Assembly: GCA_051892815.1 (NCBI GenBank)
Contig: JBJFGP010000160.1
Coordinates: 1-46,119 of the forward strand
DNA: 46,119 nt
Source of the DNA: Kiritimatiellia bacterium
GTDB taxonomy: Bacteria; Verrucomicrobiota; Kiritimatiellia; RFP12; DVOR01
Reading direction: 5' to 3'
Part shown: in pieces, positions 1-7,986 of the stretch
How positions within the stretch are numbered: the stretch's first letter is position 1
How the letters are laid out: every line of letters begins with the position of its first letter
Notes under the pieces: generated by a model
The model's database searches: none
Told to the model about the DNA's origin: nothing
The model's input: only the letters and a program-made list of their open reading frames with translations
Program-made: the position numbers and the translations under genes

Positions 1-2
1 AG

Positions 3-911
3 CAAGAGCGCGACTTCCTGTCGAGGGCGAGAAGGACCCTCAAGGAGCGGCTGGGATGGGTGGTGCCGATAACCGATTTGAATGCGACTGGGGCGGAAGG
101 AAGGGGGGCGGATCCTGTGCACCTGGCGCGCGATGCGATGGACTATGTCGACTACCATCTCTACATCGACCATCCTTCGGGGATGGGTTCGAACAGTTTT
201 GCCTGTCCCAGCCGAACGGCCCATGAGGTGCCCGGCGGCGAGACGCTTTCCCGCACGCTCCGGCAGGTCAATCGAATCCGTCTTGCGGGCAAGCCCTTTG
301 TGCTGAGCGAGTTCAACTGGTGCGCACCAAACGCCCGCCGCGCCGAGGGTCTTGCGCTCTTGGCCGAACACGCGGACGGGGCCGATTGGAGCGGGCTCTG
401 GCGCTTCTCGTGGGCCAACCGCCTGGCCGATTTGGAAGGCGGGGATGCGACGAGGTTCTTCTTTCTCGCGACCGATCCGCTCGGGCGCGCGGCGGAGCGG
501 CTCGCGCTTGCGATCTTCCTGCGGCGCGGGCGGCATTTCGAACTGCGCCGTGGCGGGAAAGCCCTGGTTGGCATCCAAAGTCTCGACGGCCGGCCCATCC
601 GCCAATCCGCCCGCATCCTAGTCAGCCACCTCACCGAGCAGCAGAATGACGGGGCGACTTGGCTTGACGAGACGCGCCGCGAATACCTCTCGTGGGGCAC
701 CCTCCCCCATCTCATCCGAGACGCCCGAACCCCAGTCTCTATTGACCTCGACGAGCCCAGCCGATACCACGTCTGGGCGCTCGCGCCCGACGGCGCCCGA
801 CTCTGCCCCGTCCCCACGACCCATGCCCAAGGCCGCCTCCGGTTCCTCGCCGAGACACCCTTCAAAGGCCGCGCCGTCCTCGAATACGAAGTCGCCCGAG
901 TCCCCGACTGA
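3..911 (+). CDS. 3' part of a gene entering from upstream of the window; hypothetical protein, possibly the C-terminal part of a glycoside-hydrolase-like enzyme
   Basis: Frame 3 is open from base 3, with no stop before the listed GTG at 60. Stop TGA is at 909-911. Codon usage matches neighbouring genes. The FVLSEFNW segment resembles a TIM-barrel nucleophile strand, but this is weak. Confidence 0.5.
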   Translation, partial: QERDFLSRARRTLKERLGWVVPITDLNATGAEGRGADPVHLARDAMDYVDYHLYIDHPSGMGSNSFACPSRTAHEVPGGETLSRTLRQVNRIRLAGKPFVLSEFNWCAPNARRAEGLALLAEHADGADWSGLWRFSWANRLADLEGGDATRFFFLATDPLGRAAERLALAIFLRRGRHFELRRGGKALVGIQSLDGRPIRQSARILVSHLTEQQNDGATWLDETRREYLSWGTLPHLIRDARTPVSIDLDEPSRYHVWALAPDGARLCPVPTTHAQGRLRFLAETPFKGRAVLEYEVARVPD

Positions 912-1040
912 CTCCTGTCTACCTTCCGCCCCCAAAGGTACCTACCTCCGACACCCCATCCTGCCTACCAGCCGCACCATAAGGTGCCTACCCACCGCCC
1001 CCCTTGACCCCAAAAGCGAAACTTCCGGCCAACCTGCCAC
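912..1040. repeat. 23-bp-phased repeat array R1 (4 regular units plus 1 displaced degenerate unit)
   Basis: TACC cores have their A at 921, 944, 967 and 990, exactly 23 bp apart. The units are ctcctgtcTACCTtccgccccca, aaggtaccTACCTccgacacccc, atcctgccTACCAgccgcaccat and aaggtgccTACCCaccgcccccc. A further ggccAACCTgcc lies at 1027-1038. The array starts 1 nt after stop 909-911. Confidence 0.85.
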
Positions 1041-1046
1041 TTTTGA

Positions 1047-1075
1047 TTGAAAAAACCGCAGAGTTTTGCTATCTT
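1047..1075 (+). promoter_or_regulatory. Sigma70-like promoter for the CBM48 gene
   Basis: -35 TTGAAA is at 1047-1052. After a 17-nt spacer comes the TG-extended -10 TGcTATCTT, hexamer at 1070-1075. Confidence 0.5.
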
Positions 1076-1122
1076 GAGCCCTGCACCAGCGAGGCAGATG
1101 CCTCCCAACACTCCAATAAGGA

Positions 1123-1494
1123 ATGGTGACCATGAAAATCAAAAAAGCCTCAAAAGCCGCCGCCGAAAAGCCCGTGACCGACAAAGTCGCCAAGCCCGCC
1201 GCAGCTAGAAAGTCCGCAAAGCCCCGCGAAAAAGGCGTCCGCGTGACCTTCTCCGTCCGCGCAGAGACCGGCAGCGAAGTCTGGCTGGCAGGCTCCTTCA
1301 ACAACTGGGACCCCACCGCCAAGAAAATGGCCGACAAGGCCGGCGACGGATTCTACACCGCCACCCTCACCCTCCCCAAGGGCACCTACGAATACAAGTT
1401 CGTCATCAACGGCACCTGGTGCGCAGACCCCGAGTGCGCCGAGTGGGTCCAAAACGACATGGGCACGCTCAACTCCGTCCGCCACATCCAGTAG
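1123..1494 (+). CDS. Small CBM48 / AMPK-beta-like glycogen-binding domain protein with a Lys/Ala-rich N-terminal tail
   Basis: VRVTFSV..EVWLAGSFNNWDP...GFYTATLTLPKGTYEYKFVINGTW is the classic CBM48/E-set glycogen-binding signature. ATG at 1123 (alternative 1132) follows AAGGAA. A promoter lies at 1047-1075. Confidence 0.85.
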   Translation: MVTMKIKKASKAAAEKPVTDKVAKPAAARKSAKPREKGVRVTFSVRAETGSEVWLAGSFNNWDPTAKKMADKAGDGFYTATLTLPKGTYEYKFVINGTWCADPECAEWVQNDMGTLNSVRHIQ

Positions 1495-1579
1495 AGATAC
1501 ACCACCACAGACCGCAACGAGCCGGTTCCGCCTGCCCCCAGCAGACGAATCGGCTCTTGCCGTCCAAAAAACACACCAG

Positions 1580-2254
1580 ATGAACAGCAAGCGGATCGGC
1601 ATCATCGGCGCAGGACGCTTCGGAGAAGCACTCGCCCAAAGCTTCGCAGAGAAAGGAGTCGAGATCCTCCTCATCGACGAAAACCGCGAGAAGATTCGCG
1701 AGCTCGCGCAGTACGTCACCAAAGCAGTCGAAGGCGACGCTACCAACACCCGCCTGCTGGAGGAATCCGGCTTCGCCACCTGCGACACCGTAGTCGTCGC
1801 CATCGGAGATAACATCGAAGGCAGCATCATGGCGACCGCCGCCTGCAAGGAAATAGGCGTACCCAATGTCGTCGCCAAAGCCATCAGCGAGATCCACGGG
1901 AAAGTACTCAAACGCGTCGGCGCTGATGTAGTCGTGCACCCCAATCGTGACCGCGCCCAGCGCCTGGCGAGGGCACTTCTGGCAGCCACTCCTATCGAGC
2001 TCTTCGAGGTGGCGGATGGCTTGAGCATGGCCGAAGTGGTGGTACCCAGGCCTCTGGTCGGTAAGAACCTTGCGGAGTCGGCGGTGCGCACGGCTTTCGG
2101 CATTACGGTGCTAGCCATTCGACGTCTTGCTGACGACCCGGCGGCCCCGCGGCAAGTTGTGATGGCGACTCCGGAAGAGGTATTCCAGGAGGATGATCGT
2201 CTGCTGGTTTTCGGCGCGGACCGTAAAATCGACGCCTTTGCTTCGCAGGAGTGA
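1580..2254 (+). CDS. ktrA: Trk/Ktr potassium-uptake system NAD-binding RCK subunit (TrkA-N plus TrkA-C domains)
   Basis: The IGIIGAGRFG Rossmann motif is followed by a C-terminal TrkA-C-like segment (MAEVVVPRPLVGKNL...VLAIRR). At 224 aa it is typical of KtrA/TrkA short forms. Confidence 0.88.
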   Translation: MNSKRIGIIGAGRFGEALAQSFAEKGVEILLIDENREKIRELAQYVTKAVEGDATNTRLLEESGFATCDTVVVAIGDNIEGSIMATAACKEIGVPNVVAKAISEIHGKVLKRVGADVVVHPNRDRAQRLARALLAATPIELFEVADGLSMAEVVVPRPLVGKNLAESAVRTAFGITVLAIRRLADDPAAPRQVVMATPEEVFQEDDRLLVFGADRKIDAFASQE

Positions 2255-2264
2255 GTGGCTGTCT

Positions 2265-3362
2265 ATGATGCCTTGTCTGGTTCCCCGTTGGTGCCGCCGA
2301 GTTCTCATTCTTTCTGTCTTGGGGGTCATGGGATTCCTGCTGGCGCGAGCGTGGAATCGGTTGGAGCGAGCGGACTTGGATGGTGCCGCGCCGGCGTCGC
2401 TCTGTTGGGTATCGATGGGGACTTCTGCGGGGTTGACGCTACCGGGTTTCCAGGCCGAGCGTCTGCACGGGCTCAAGCACTCTGTCCAGGAGGTTTATGC
2501 CCGCATCGAGGGGGAACTCTCGCCCTACACGCCTGGGGATTGGCTCCGTCTGGTGCACACGGAGAGGGCTATTCCAATCCCTGCCGATCTCCAACCTCTC
2601 GTCGCCGAATCAATCCGTCTTTCGCGCCAGAGCCAAGGCGTTTTCAGTCCGGCAATCGAGCCGTTGATGAGGCTCTGGGGTTTCCGAGGCGCGCCCCCGA
2701 AGGAGCCCCCTTCCGAGGCGGAAACCCTGGCGCTGGCGAAGGCCATTCGAGCAGACCTCTCGCTCTCGCTGGAGGGTAATCGCCTGCTCGTCTCGAAAGC
2801 GGCCCGGGAGGCGGTTCATGCGACGGGTTCGAGGCTGTTGCTTGATTTTGGCGCCATCGCCAAGGGCTATGCCGTCGACCTCGCCGCCAAGCAGATTCCG
2901 CCGGATGTGCCGGATATTCTAATCGACCTTGGCGGCACGCTCTACGCCAAGGGACATTCCCCCGCTCGCGCCGACGGCTGGCGCGTGGCCATCCGCAATC
3001 CCTACCAACCTAAGGGGGCGATTGGTTGGTTCGTCCTGCCCCCGGAGATGGCAACCTCCACCAGCGGGAGCTACGAACGATTCGTCCCCATCGGTACCAA
3101 CCTCTTCGGGCACCTCCTGGACCCCAGAACCGGCCGCCCCGTCAAACCTTGCGCCGCCGTCACCGTCATCGCCCCGACCGCCACACTGGCCGACGCCCTC
3201 TCCACCACACTCTACATCCTCGGACCCGGACAAGGTCGAGACTGGCTCCAAAAGCACCACCCCGAAGCCCACGCCGTCTGGTACCCGCCAACCCCCCAAG
3301 AGCCCCCCGCCACGACCCCGGGATTCCCGCCAATCCACCCCTTCGCAACCCGCCCCCGCTAG
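2265..3362 (+). CDS. apbE: FAD:protein FMN transferase (ApbE family)
   Basis: Motifs FSPAIEPLMRLWGF, DFGAIAKGYAVD, TSGSYERF and HLLDPRTGRP are ApbE hallmarks. I start at ATG 2265, where a hydrophobic signal-like N-terminus begins, rather than the track start 2193, which overlaps ktrA. Confidence 0.88.
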   Translation: MMPCLVPRWCRRVLILSVLGVMGFLLARAWNRLERADLDGAAPASLCWVSMGTSAGLTLPGFQAERLHGLKHSVQEVYARIEGELSPYTPGDWLRLVHTERAIPIPADLQPLVAESIRLSRQSQGVFSPAIEPLMRLWGFRGAPPKEPPSEAETLALAKAIRADLSLSLEGNRLLVSKAAREAVHATGSRLLLDFGAIAKGYAVDLAAKQIPPDVPDILIDLGGTLYAKGHSPARADGWRVAIRNPYQPKGAIGWFVLPPEMATSTSGSYERFVPIGTNLFGHLLDPRTGRPVKPCAAVTVIAPTATLADALSTTLYILGPGQGRDWLQKHHPEAHAVWYPPTPQEPPATTPGFPPIHPFATRPR

Positions 3363-3365
3363 ACC

Positions 3366-4652
3366 ATGCCGAGCAACCTTCAGATCGCCGTCATAGCGGA
3401 AAAGACCCGAGCCTACTCCCGAGAACTCTGCCGCGGCATTGCCTCCGTCGGCCAAGACCACAAAGAGTGGGCCCTCCACCTCCTGAGCGACATCCCCCCC
3501 AATCCCGATACACTCGCCCGCTACGACGCCTTCATCGTCCGCGCCTACGACCAGCCCTTCGCCGACCGCCTCCTCGCCACGGGAAAACCCATCGTCGACG
3601 TCTACGGAGGAGCCGCCAGATGCCAAGGACTCCGCCTCGTCGACGCCGACCACCGCGCCATAGGCGTACTCGCCGCCCGCTACTTTGCTGCCCGCTGCTA
3701 CAACCACTTCGCATTCTGCGGCTACCAGGGAATCTTCTTTTCCGACCGCCGCGAGCAAGCCTTCTTCGAGACCCTTTCCCGCACAGGCGCAGCCTCCTTC
3801 CAAGCCTACCCGACACCCAAAAAGGACCTCGACAACTTCAATGTCCTGAACCTCAGAAGAGAGGAGATAGAATCGAACTACTGCGAGCGCCACCTGGCCA
3901 GGTGGGTCTCCCAACTGCCCAAACCAGTAGCCATCCTTTGTAGCCACGATGCCCGGGCGCTGCAACTTCTGAGGGCCTGCAGAGGTGCGGGCATCGGGGT
4001 GCCGAGCGAAGTCGCAATCATGGGCGTCGACAACGATACTTTGATCTGCGGTTTCTGCACTCCGCCGCTCTCAAGCATTGACCCGAACGCCTTCGCGATT
4101 GGGCAATCGGCGGCGGGGATTCTGGCCAAGGTGCTCGCCGGGGAGGAGCCTTCCGGCGGGGTCGAGGCAACGCTGATTCGCCCCAAGGGGATTGTCGAGC
4201 GGGGAACTTCGGCCTACTATCCAACGGCGCCGGAGTGGCTGCCTTCTGCGGTCGGGTTCATTCGCAGGGAGTTCGGCAAGGGCATCTCGGCGACGGATGT
4301 CTTTCGCACGGTGGGGTTCTCGCACACGGTTGTCGAGCAGGCCTTCCGCCGCCACCTGCGCACGACGGTCCAGCAGGAGATTATGCGGCACCGGCTCAAC
4401 GGCGCGATTGAGCTGCTGTGCACGACATCGCTGACGAGTGCGGAAATCAGCCGCCGGACGGGATTCTCGTCGCCCCAATACTTCGCGCGCTTCTTCCTTG
4501 AGCAAACCCGGTGCACTCCCGGCGCCTTCCGCGAGCGCAACAGCGGTCCCGCGTGGGAACGCCACGCCGTCCCCAGCGCCGTGGAACGGGGCCTCCTCGA
4601 TGCTGCCGACCCGGCCGGCCGAGTGATAGGCACCAGCCGGGGCCGCGGCTAG
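3366..4652 (+). CDS. XylR-like hybrid regulator: periplasmic-binding-protein-like sugar sensor domain fused to a C-terminal AraC-type HTH
   Basis: The N-terminal LacI/PBP type-1-like fold (IAVIAEKTRAYSRE..., VAIMGVDND) is joined to a C-terminal AraC HTH (SAEISRRTGFSSPQYFARFF). Confidence 0.85.
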   Translation: MPSNLQIAVIAEKTRAYSRELCRGIASVGQDHKEWALHLLSDIPPNPDTLARYDAFIVRAYDQPFADRLLATGKPIVDVYGGAARCQGLRLVDADHRAIGVLAARYFAARCYNHFAFCGYQGIFFSDRREQAFFETLSRTGAASFQAYPTPKKDLDNFNVLNLRREEIESNYCERHLARWVSQLPKPVAILCSHDARALQLLRACRGAGIGVPSEVAIMGVDNDTLICGFCTPPLSSIDPNAFAIGQSAAGILAKVLAGEEPSGGVEATLIRPKGIVERGTSAYYPTAPEWLPSAVGFIRREFGKGISATDVFRTVGFSHTVVEQAFRRHLRTTVQQEIMRHRLNGAIELLCTTSLTSAEISRRTGFSSPQYFARFFLEQTRCTPGAFRERNSGPAWERHAVPSAVERGLLDAADPAGRVIGTSRGRG

Positions 4653-4737
4653 CAACCTCCGCCAGCCGGTCGTGCCTACCTCCCGGATCCGGACCTGCCT
4701 ATCTCCTACTCGCCGAGGTGCCTACCTTCCGCGCCCG
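4646..4737. repeat. 23-bp-phased repeat array R2 (4 units)
   Basis: Core A positions are 4655, 4678, 4701 and 4724. The units are cggctagcAACCTccgccagccg, gtcgtgccTACCTcccggatccg, gacctgccTATCTcctactcgcc and gaggtgccTACCTtccgcgcccg. The first unit spans the TAG stop at 4650-4652. Confidence 0.85.
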
Positions 4738-4787
4738 CCGGCAAAGACGCTCCAGACGATTTCCTTTCCGCATTCCAAACAATTTGC

Positions 4788-4816
4788 TTGCCAAACCCCG
4801 CCGGTTGTGGTAAATT
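4788..4816 (+). promoter_or_regulatory. Sigma70-like promoter for tRNA-His
   Basis: -35 TTGCCA is at 4788-4793. After a 17-nt spacer comes the TG-extended -10 TGgTAAATT, hexamer at 4811-4816. This places the start about 10 nt upstream of the tRNA. Confidence 0.55.
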
Positions 4817-4833
4817 GATTGCTCATCCGAGAT

Positions 4834-4910
4834 GGCGAAAGTAGCTCAGTCGGTAGAGCTCCAGATTGTGGATCTGGCTGTCGCGGGTTCGAGTCCCGTC
4901 TTTCGCCCCA
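4834..4910 (+). tRNA. tRNA-His (anticodon GTG) with genome-encoded G-1 and 3' CCA
   Basis: Hand-folded cloverleaf. Acceptor GCGAAAG pairs with CTTTCGC. D arm is GCTC/GAGC. Anticodon stem CCAGA/TCTGG carries loop TTGTGGA (GTG). T arm is GCGGG-TTCGAGT-CCCGT. The extra 5' G at 4834 pairs with discriminator C4907, and CCA is at 4908-4910. Confidence 0.93.
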
Positions 4911-4923
4911 TCCCCCTTCCAAA

Positions 4924-4953
4924 CCCCGAACGCGCCGTGCATCGGGGTTTTTT
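4924..4953 (+). terminator. Rho-independent terminator after tRNA-His
   Basis: Stem CCCCGA (4924-4929) pairs with TCGGGG (4942-4947) and is followed by TTTTTT at 4948-4953. Confidence 0.75.
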
Positions 4954-4992
4954 AGTAAAACACGCGGCCACTGACCAACGGGAGGACCAACC

Positions 4993-6360
4993 ATGGCACG
5001 AGAGCGAACCCCTCGACTAACCGAAAAACTGCTCGGCCACTATACATCCCGGCTGCGCCAGAACGGTAAGATCGACACCGAACTCTACCAGAAATACAAC
5101 GTCAAGCGCGGCCTCCGAAACGCCGACGGCACTGGCGTCCTCGTCGGCCTGACACGCATCGGAAGCGTCCACGGATACATCATCGACGAGAACGAAAAAC
5201 AGAGCGTCGAAGGCAAACAACTCTACCGCGGAATCGACGTCCAGGAACTCGTCTCCGGCTTCCAGGCTGAGCACCGACCGGGCTTCGAGGAATGCGCCTA
5301 CCTGCTCATGTTCGGCCTACTCCCGGACGAAAAGGAACTCGCCGAATGGCGCGGCGTATTGGACTCCTTCAGATGCCTTCCCGACGGCCTCAAAGGCGCC
5401 ATCCTGCTCTACCCGGGCAAAGACATTATGAACAACCTGGCCCGGGCCGTGCTCAACAAATACAACCTCGACCCAGTACCAGACTCCCTCAGGCTTGACG
5501 ACACCATCCGCCAGTGCATCGAACTCATCGCCCAACTTCCCGCCATCGTCGCCTACTCGTTCCTGGCCAAGCACAACCGCTTTGAATCGCAAGATCTCTA
5601 CCTAGTCGATCCAAAGCCCGGCCTCTCAACTGCCGAGAATTTCCTCCGGATGCTGCACCACGACCGGGACGCAACGCCCCTAGAAGCCGAACTGCTGGAT
5701 TTGCTTCTGGTGCTCCATGCGGAGCACGGGGGCGGGAACAATTCGGCCTTTACAACGCATGTGGTCACTTCCGCCTTTACGGACACTTATTCGGCAATCG
5801 CGTCGGCGATTCTCTCCTTGAAAGGCTATCGGCACGGGGGTGCGAATCTCCGGGTTATGGCGCAGATGGCGCAGATGAAGGAGAAGGTGAAGGACTGGAA
5901 GGATGACGATGAGATTGCGGCGTATCTGCGCAAGGTGTTGAAGAAGGAGGAGGGCGACGGGACGGGTCTGATCTATGGTTTGGGGCATGCGGTCTATACG
6001 CTTTCGGATCCCCGGGCGGTGCTGCTCTCCAAGAAGGCGTGCGAGCTAGCGGCGGAGAAAGGTCGTTCGGACGAGTTCGACTTTTACGAACGCATCAGCC
6101 GGGTCGGTCCTCAGGTTTTCAACGAGGGCCGGGAGAAGAAGCGTCCGCTCTGCGCGAATGTGGACTTCTACTCGGGTTTTGTCTACGACATGATTGGGGT
6201 TCCGCAGGAACTTTTCACGCCGCTCTTTGCGGTCTCGCGCATTGTGGGGTGGTCGGCGCACCACCTCGAAGAGTTGCTCAACGGCGGCCCGATCATACGC
6301 CCCTCCTACAAAGCGGTCGGGGGCAAGCGCCCCTACCAGACTCTGCACGAGCGCTCCTAA
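4993..6360 (+). CDS. gltA: Citrate synthase
   Basis: LHAEHGGGNNSAFTTHVV, GLGHAVY and NVDFYSG are citrate synthase active-site motifs. GGGAGGA lies 7 nt upstream of ATG 4993. Confidence 0.93.
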   Translation: MARERTPRLTEKLLGHYTSRLRQNGKIDTELYQKYNVKRGLRNADGTGVLVGLTRIGSVHGYIIDENEKQSVEGKQLYRGIDVQELVSGFQAEHRPGFEECAYLLMFGLLPDEKELAEWRGVLDSFRCLPDGLKGAILLYPGKDIMNNLARAVLNKYNLDPVPDSLRLDDTIRQCIELIAQLPAIVAYSFLAKHNRFESQDLYLVDPKPGLSTAENFLRMLHHDRDATPLEAELLDLLLVLHAEHGGGNNSAFTTHVVTSAFTDTYSAIASAILSLKGYRHGGANLRVMAQMAQMKEKVKDWKDDDEIAAYLRKVLKKEEGDGTGLIYGLGHAVYTLSDPRAVLLSKKACELAAEKGRSDEFDFYERISRVGPQVFNEGREKKRPLCANVDFYSGFVYDMIGVPQELFTPLFAVSRIVGWSAHHLEELLNGGPIIRPSYKAVGGKRPYQTLHERS

Positions 6361-6384
6361 TCTGCCGCGCTTCCCGCTCCAAGG

Positions 6385-6414
6385 CCTCGCAACGGCTTCG
6401 TTGCGGGGACTTTT
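6385..6414 (+). terminator. Candidate intrinsic terminator after citrate synthase
   Basis: Stem CCTCGCAAC (6385-6393) pairs with GTTGCGGGG (6400-6408) with one G-U pair and loop GGCTTC. It is followed by ACTTTT. Confidence 0.55.
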
Positions 6415-6450
6415 GCCATTCAAACTCCATCCCGGTCAGGAATGGGTTCC

Positions 6451-6566
6451 GCGGATAGGCACGACCTGAACGCAGAGGTTGCCACGACCGGGATGCGAAG
6501 GTTGCCACCCATTCCCCCTAAAGGTGCTAACCTCCCGCCCGGCATCATTTGCACCTCCGAATGCGA
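6451..6566. repeat. 23-bp-phased repeat array R3 (1 inverted copy plus 4 phased units)
   Basis: The inverted copy gcggATAGGCACgacc is at 6451-6466. Phased cores are at 6484 (gccACGAC), 6507 (gccACCCA), 6530 (gctaACCTCC) and 6553 (gcACCTCC). Confidence 0.75.
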
Positions 6567-6594
6567 AAAAAAACTACACATCCGCCCGGTAGTT

Positions 6595-6603
6595 TGGTAC
6601 ATT
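6595..6603 (+). promoter_or_regulatory. Extended -10 promoter element (TGgTACATT) immediately upstream of the GntR-like gene
   Basis: TGgTACATT is at 6595-6603. The expected start 6-8 nt downstream falls on or next to GTG 6605 / ATG 6611, which implies a leaderless or near-leaderless mRNA. No good -35 is present. Confidence 0.4.
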
Positions 6604-6604
6604 A

Positions 6605-7765
6605 GTGCGTATGGACACGCACGACTCTCCCCGGACCAATGCCCCGACCACCTCCCCCCGCTCCCTGGAAAGACGCCGACACCGAAGCGCCGACGACCTC
6701 CCCTTCAAAGTCGACCGCGCCCACCACGGCGGCTTGACAGACCAGTTGGCCGCGGGCTTGAGGCAGGCCATTCTATCCGGCTTCTACCGCCCTGGCGACG
6801 TCCTCCCCACCCTCGAAGAGTTGGCGCGCGCGACCGGCACCTCCATGCGCGTACCGCGCGAAGCGATGGACCGCCTCCGGGCCGAAGGACTCGTTCAGCC
6901 CAGACGCTCCGTAGGCTCCATCGTCATCGGCTCCCGCCAACAAGCCTGGCGGGGACATGTCCTCTTCATCCTCTCCGACGCGGACGGCTCCTACTACGCC
7001 AATGTCTATGCCGCACGCGTCCAGCAAGGCCTCATCGAAGCCGGATACCTCTTTTCCAGAGTCTCCGTCGTCGGGCGCGAAGGGGTCGCCAACTCGGGCG
7101 CCCTCGAGTCCGCGCTCGCGCAGAATGTGACCCTGGGGATAATCTTCTGTCCGCGCGACGGGCGCATAGCCAAGCGGCTCGAAGGTAGAGGCATTCCCTA
7201 TGTGGTGGTGGGCGAGCACGAACCCGTCGGGAAGCTTTGCCGCGGCTGGATTCGTTTCAACCGCGCGGCCGCGGTGCAAGGCTTCGTCGACCGCTGCCGG
7301 AAGGTAGGGGCCAGGCGCATTCTCGCGGTGGAATTCGAGGGAGAGGGTGGCGTCGACATAGCCCCTGCGCTGAAAGGAAGCGGTCTCGAACTCAGGCGCG
7401 AACGCTTCCGTGCGCCGCCCGGGGCAGGGAGGCTTGAGCACATTCAAAGGGAGGTGATGGAGCGCTTGCTCAAGGGGGATGGATGGGCAGCGGATGTGCT
7501 CTTTTTCGCCGATGATTTCCTTGCAATGGGTGGTTTGACGGCTCTGCTGGCAAGGCAGGTGCGGATTCCGGAGGAACTCAGGGTCGCCACCTTCGCGAAC
7601 GACGGGTTCGGCCCTGTTTTTCCGATTGAGTTGACGCGGCTCTCGATGGACCCTGTGGCGCACGCGGTGCAGACAATCGGGTGGCTGCTGGCTATTCTGC
7701 GGCGCGAGCCCCTGCCCGCCGAGCCGTCCCTGAGGTCTGTCTACCGGCAGGGCCAATCGCTCTAG
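6605..7765 (+). CDS. Hybrid regulator: GntR-type winged-helix DNA-binding domain fused to a LacI/PBP-type sugar-binding domain
   Basis: The N-terminal GDVLPTLEELARATGTSMRVPREAMDRLRAEGLVQPRRSVGSIV is a GntR wHTH. The rest resembles a PBP type-1 effector domain. The start could be GTG 6605 or ATG 6611. Confidence 0.8.
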   Translation: MRMDTHDSPRTNAPTTSPRSLERRRHRSADDLPFKVDRAHHGGLTDQLAAGLRQAILSGFYRPGDVLPTLEELARATGTSMRVPREAMDRLRAEGLVQPRRSVGSIVIGSRQQAWRGHVLFILSDADGSYYANVYAARVQQGLIEAGYLFSRVSVVGREGVANSGALESALAQNVTLGIIFCPRDGRIAKRLEGRGIPYVVVGEHEPVGKLCRGWIRFNRAAAVQGFVDRCRKVGARRILAVEFEGEGGVDIAPALKGSGLELRRERFRAPPGAGRLEHIQREVMERLLKGDGWAADVLFFADDFLAMGGLTALLARQVRIPEELRVATFANDGFGPVFPIELTRLSMDPVAHAVQTIGWLLAILRREPLPAEPSLRSVYRQGQSL

Positions 7766-7794
7766 CAGCCGTCTGAGAGGCCGGATTCGACGCG

Positions 7795-7833
7795 CCCCCG
7801 GATGCGGGTACCCGCCCGCGCCGGGGGTTTGTT
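7795..7833 (+). terminator. Candidate intrinsic terminator after the GntR-like gene
   Basis: Outer stem CCCCCGG (7795-7801) pairs with CCGGGGG (7821-7827). It encloses the perfect palindrome GCGGGTACCCGC (7804-7815) and is followed by TTTGTT. Confidence 0.5.
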
Positions 7834-7846
7834 GCACCGGGATGAA

Positions 7847-7915
7847 AAGATAGGCACCTTTTGTTCCTGTTGGTTGCCACTTTAGGCTTGCAAAGGTTGC
7901 TAGGATGGGGTATTA
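7847..7915. repeat. 23-bp-phased repeat array R4 (3 degenerate units)
   Basis: The anchors are 7856 (gataggcACCTttt), 7879 (ggttgccACTTt) and 7902 (ggttgcTAGGAtgggg). This is the most degenerate array and overlaps the -35 of the downstream promoter. Confidence 0.55.
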
Positions 7916-7925
7916 TTAGTACATA
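7897..7925 (+). promoter_or_regulatory. Sigma70-like promoter for the LRR protein / GH10 cluster
   Basis: -35 TTGCTA is at 7897-7902, the spacer is 17 nt, and -10 TACATA is at 7920-7925. Confidence 0.45.
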
Positions 7926-7986
7926 AGATTCCGCCCCATTCCTTGCTACCAATCGGAGGGCGGCGTTCCAATCAAGGAGGTTCCCG

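Noticed and set aside
4834-4993. tRNA-His as an integration site for a genomic island
   Set aside because: There is no integrase, no direct repeat of the tRNA 3' end downstream, and no compositional break visible by eye. The tRNA is followed by a terminator and then citrate synthase.
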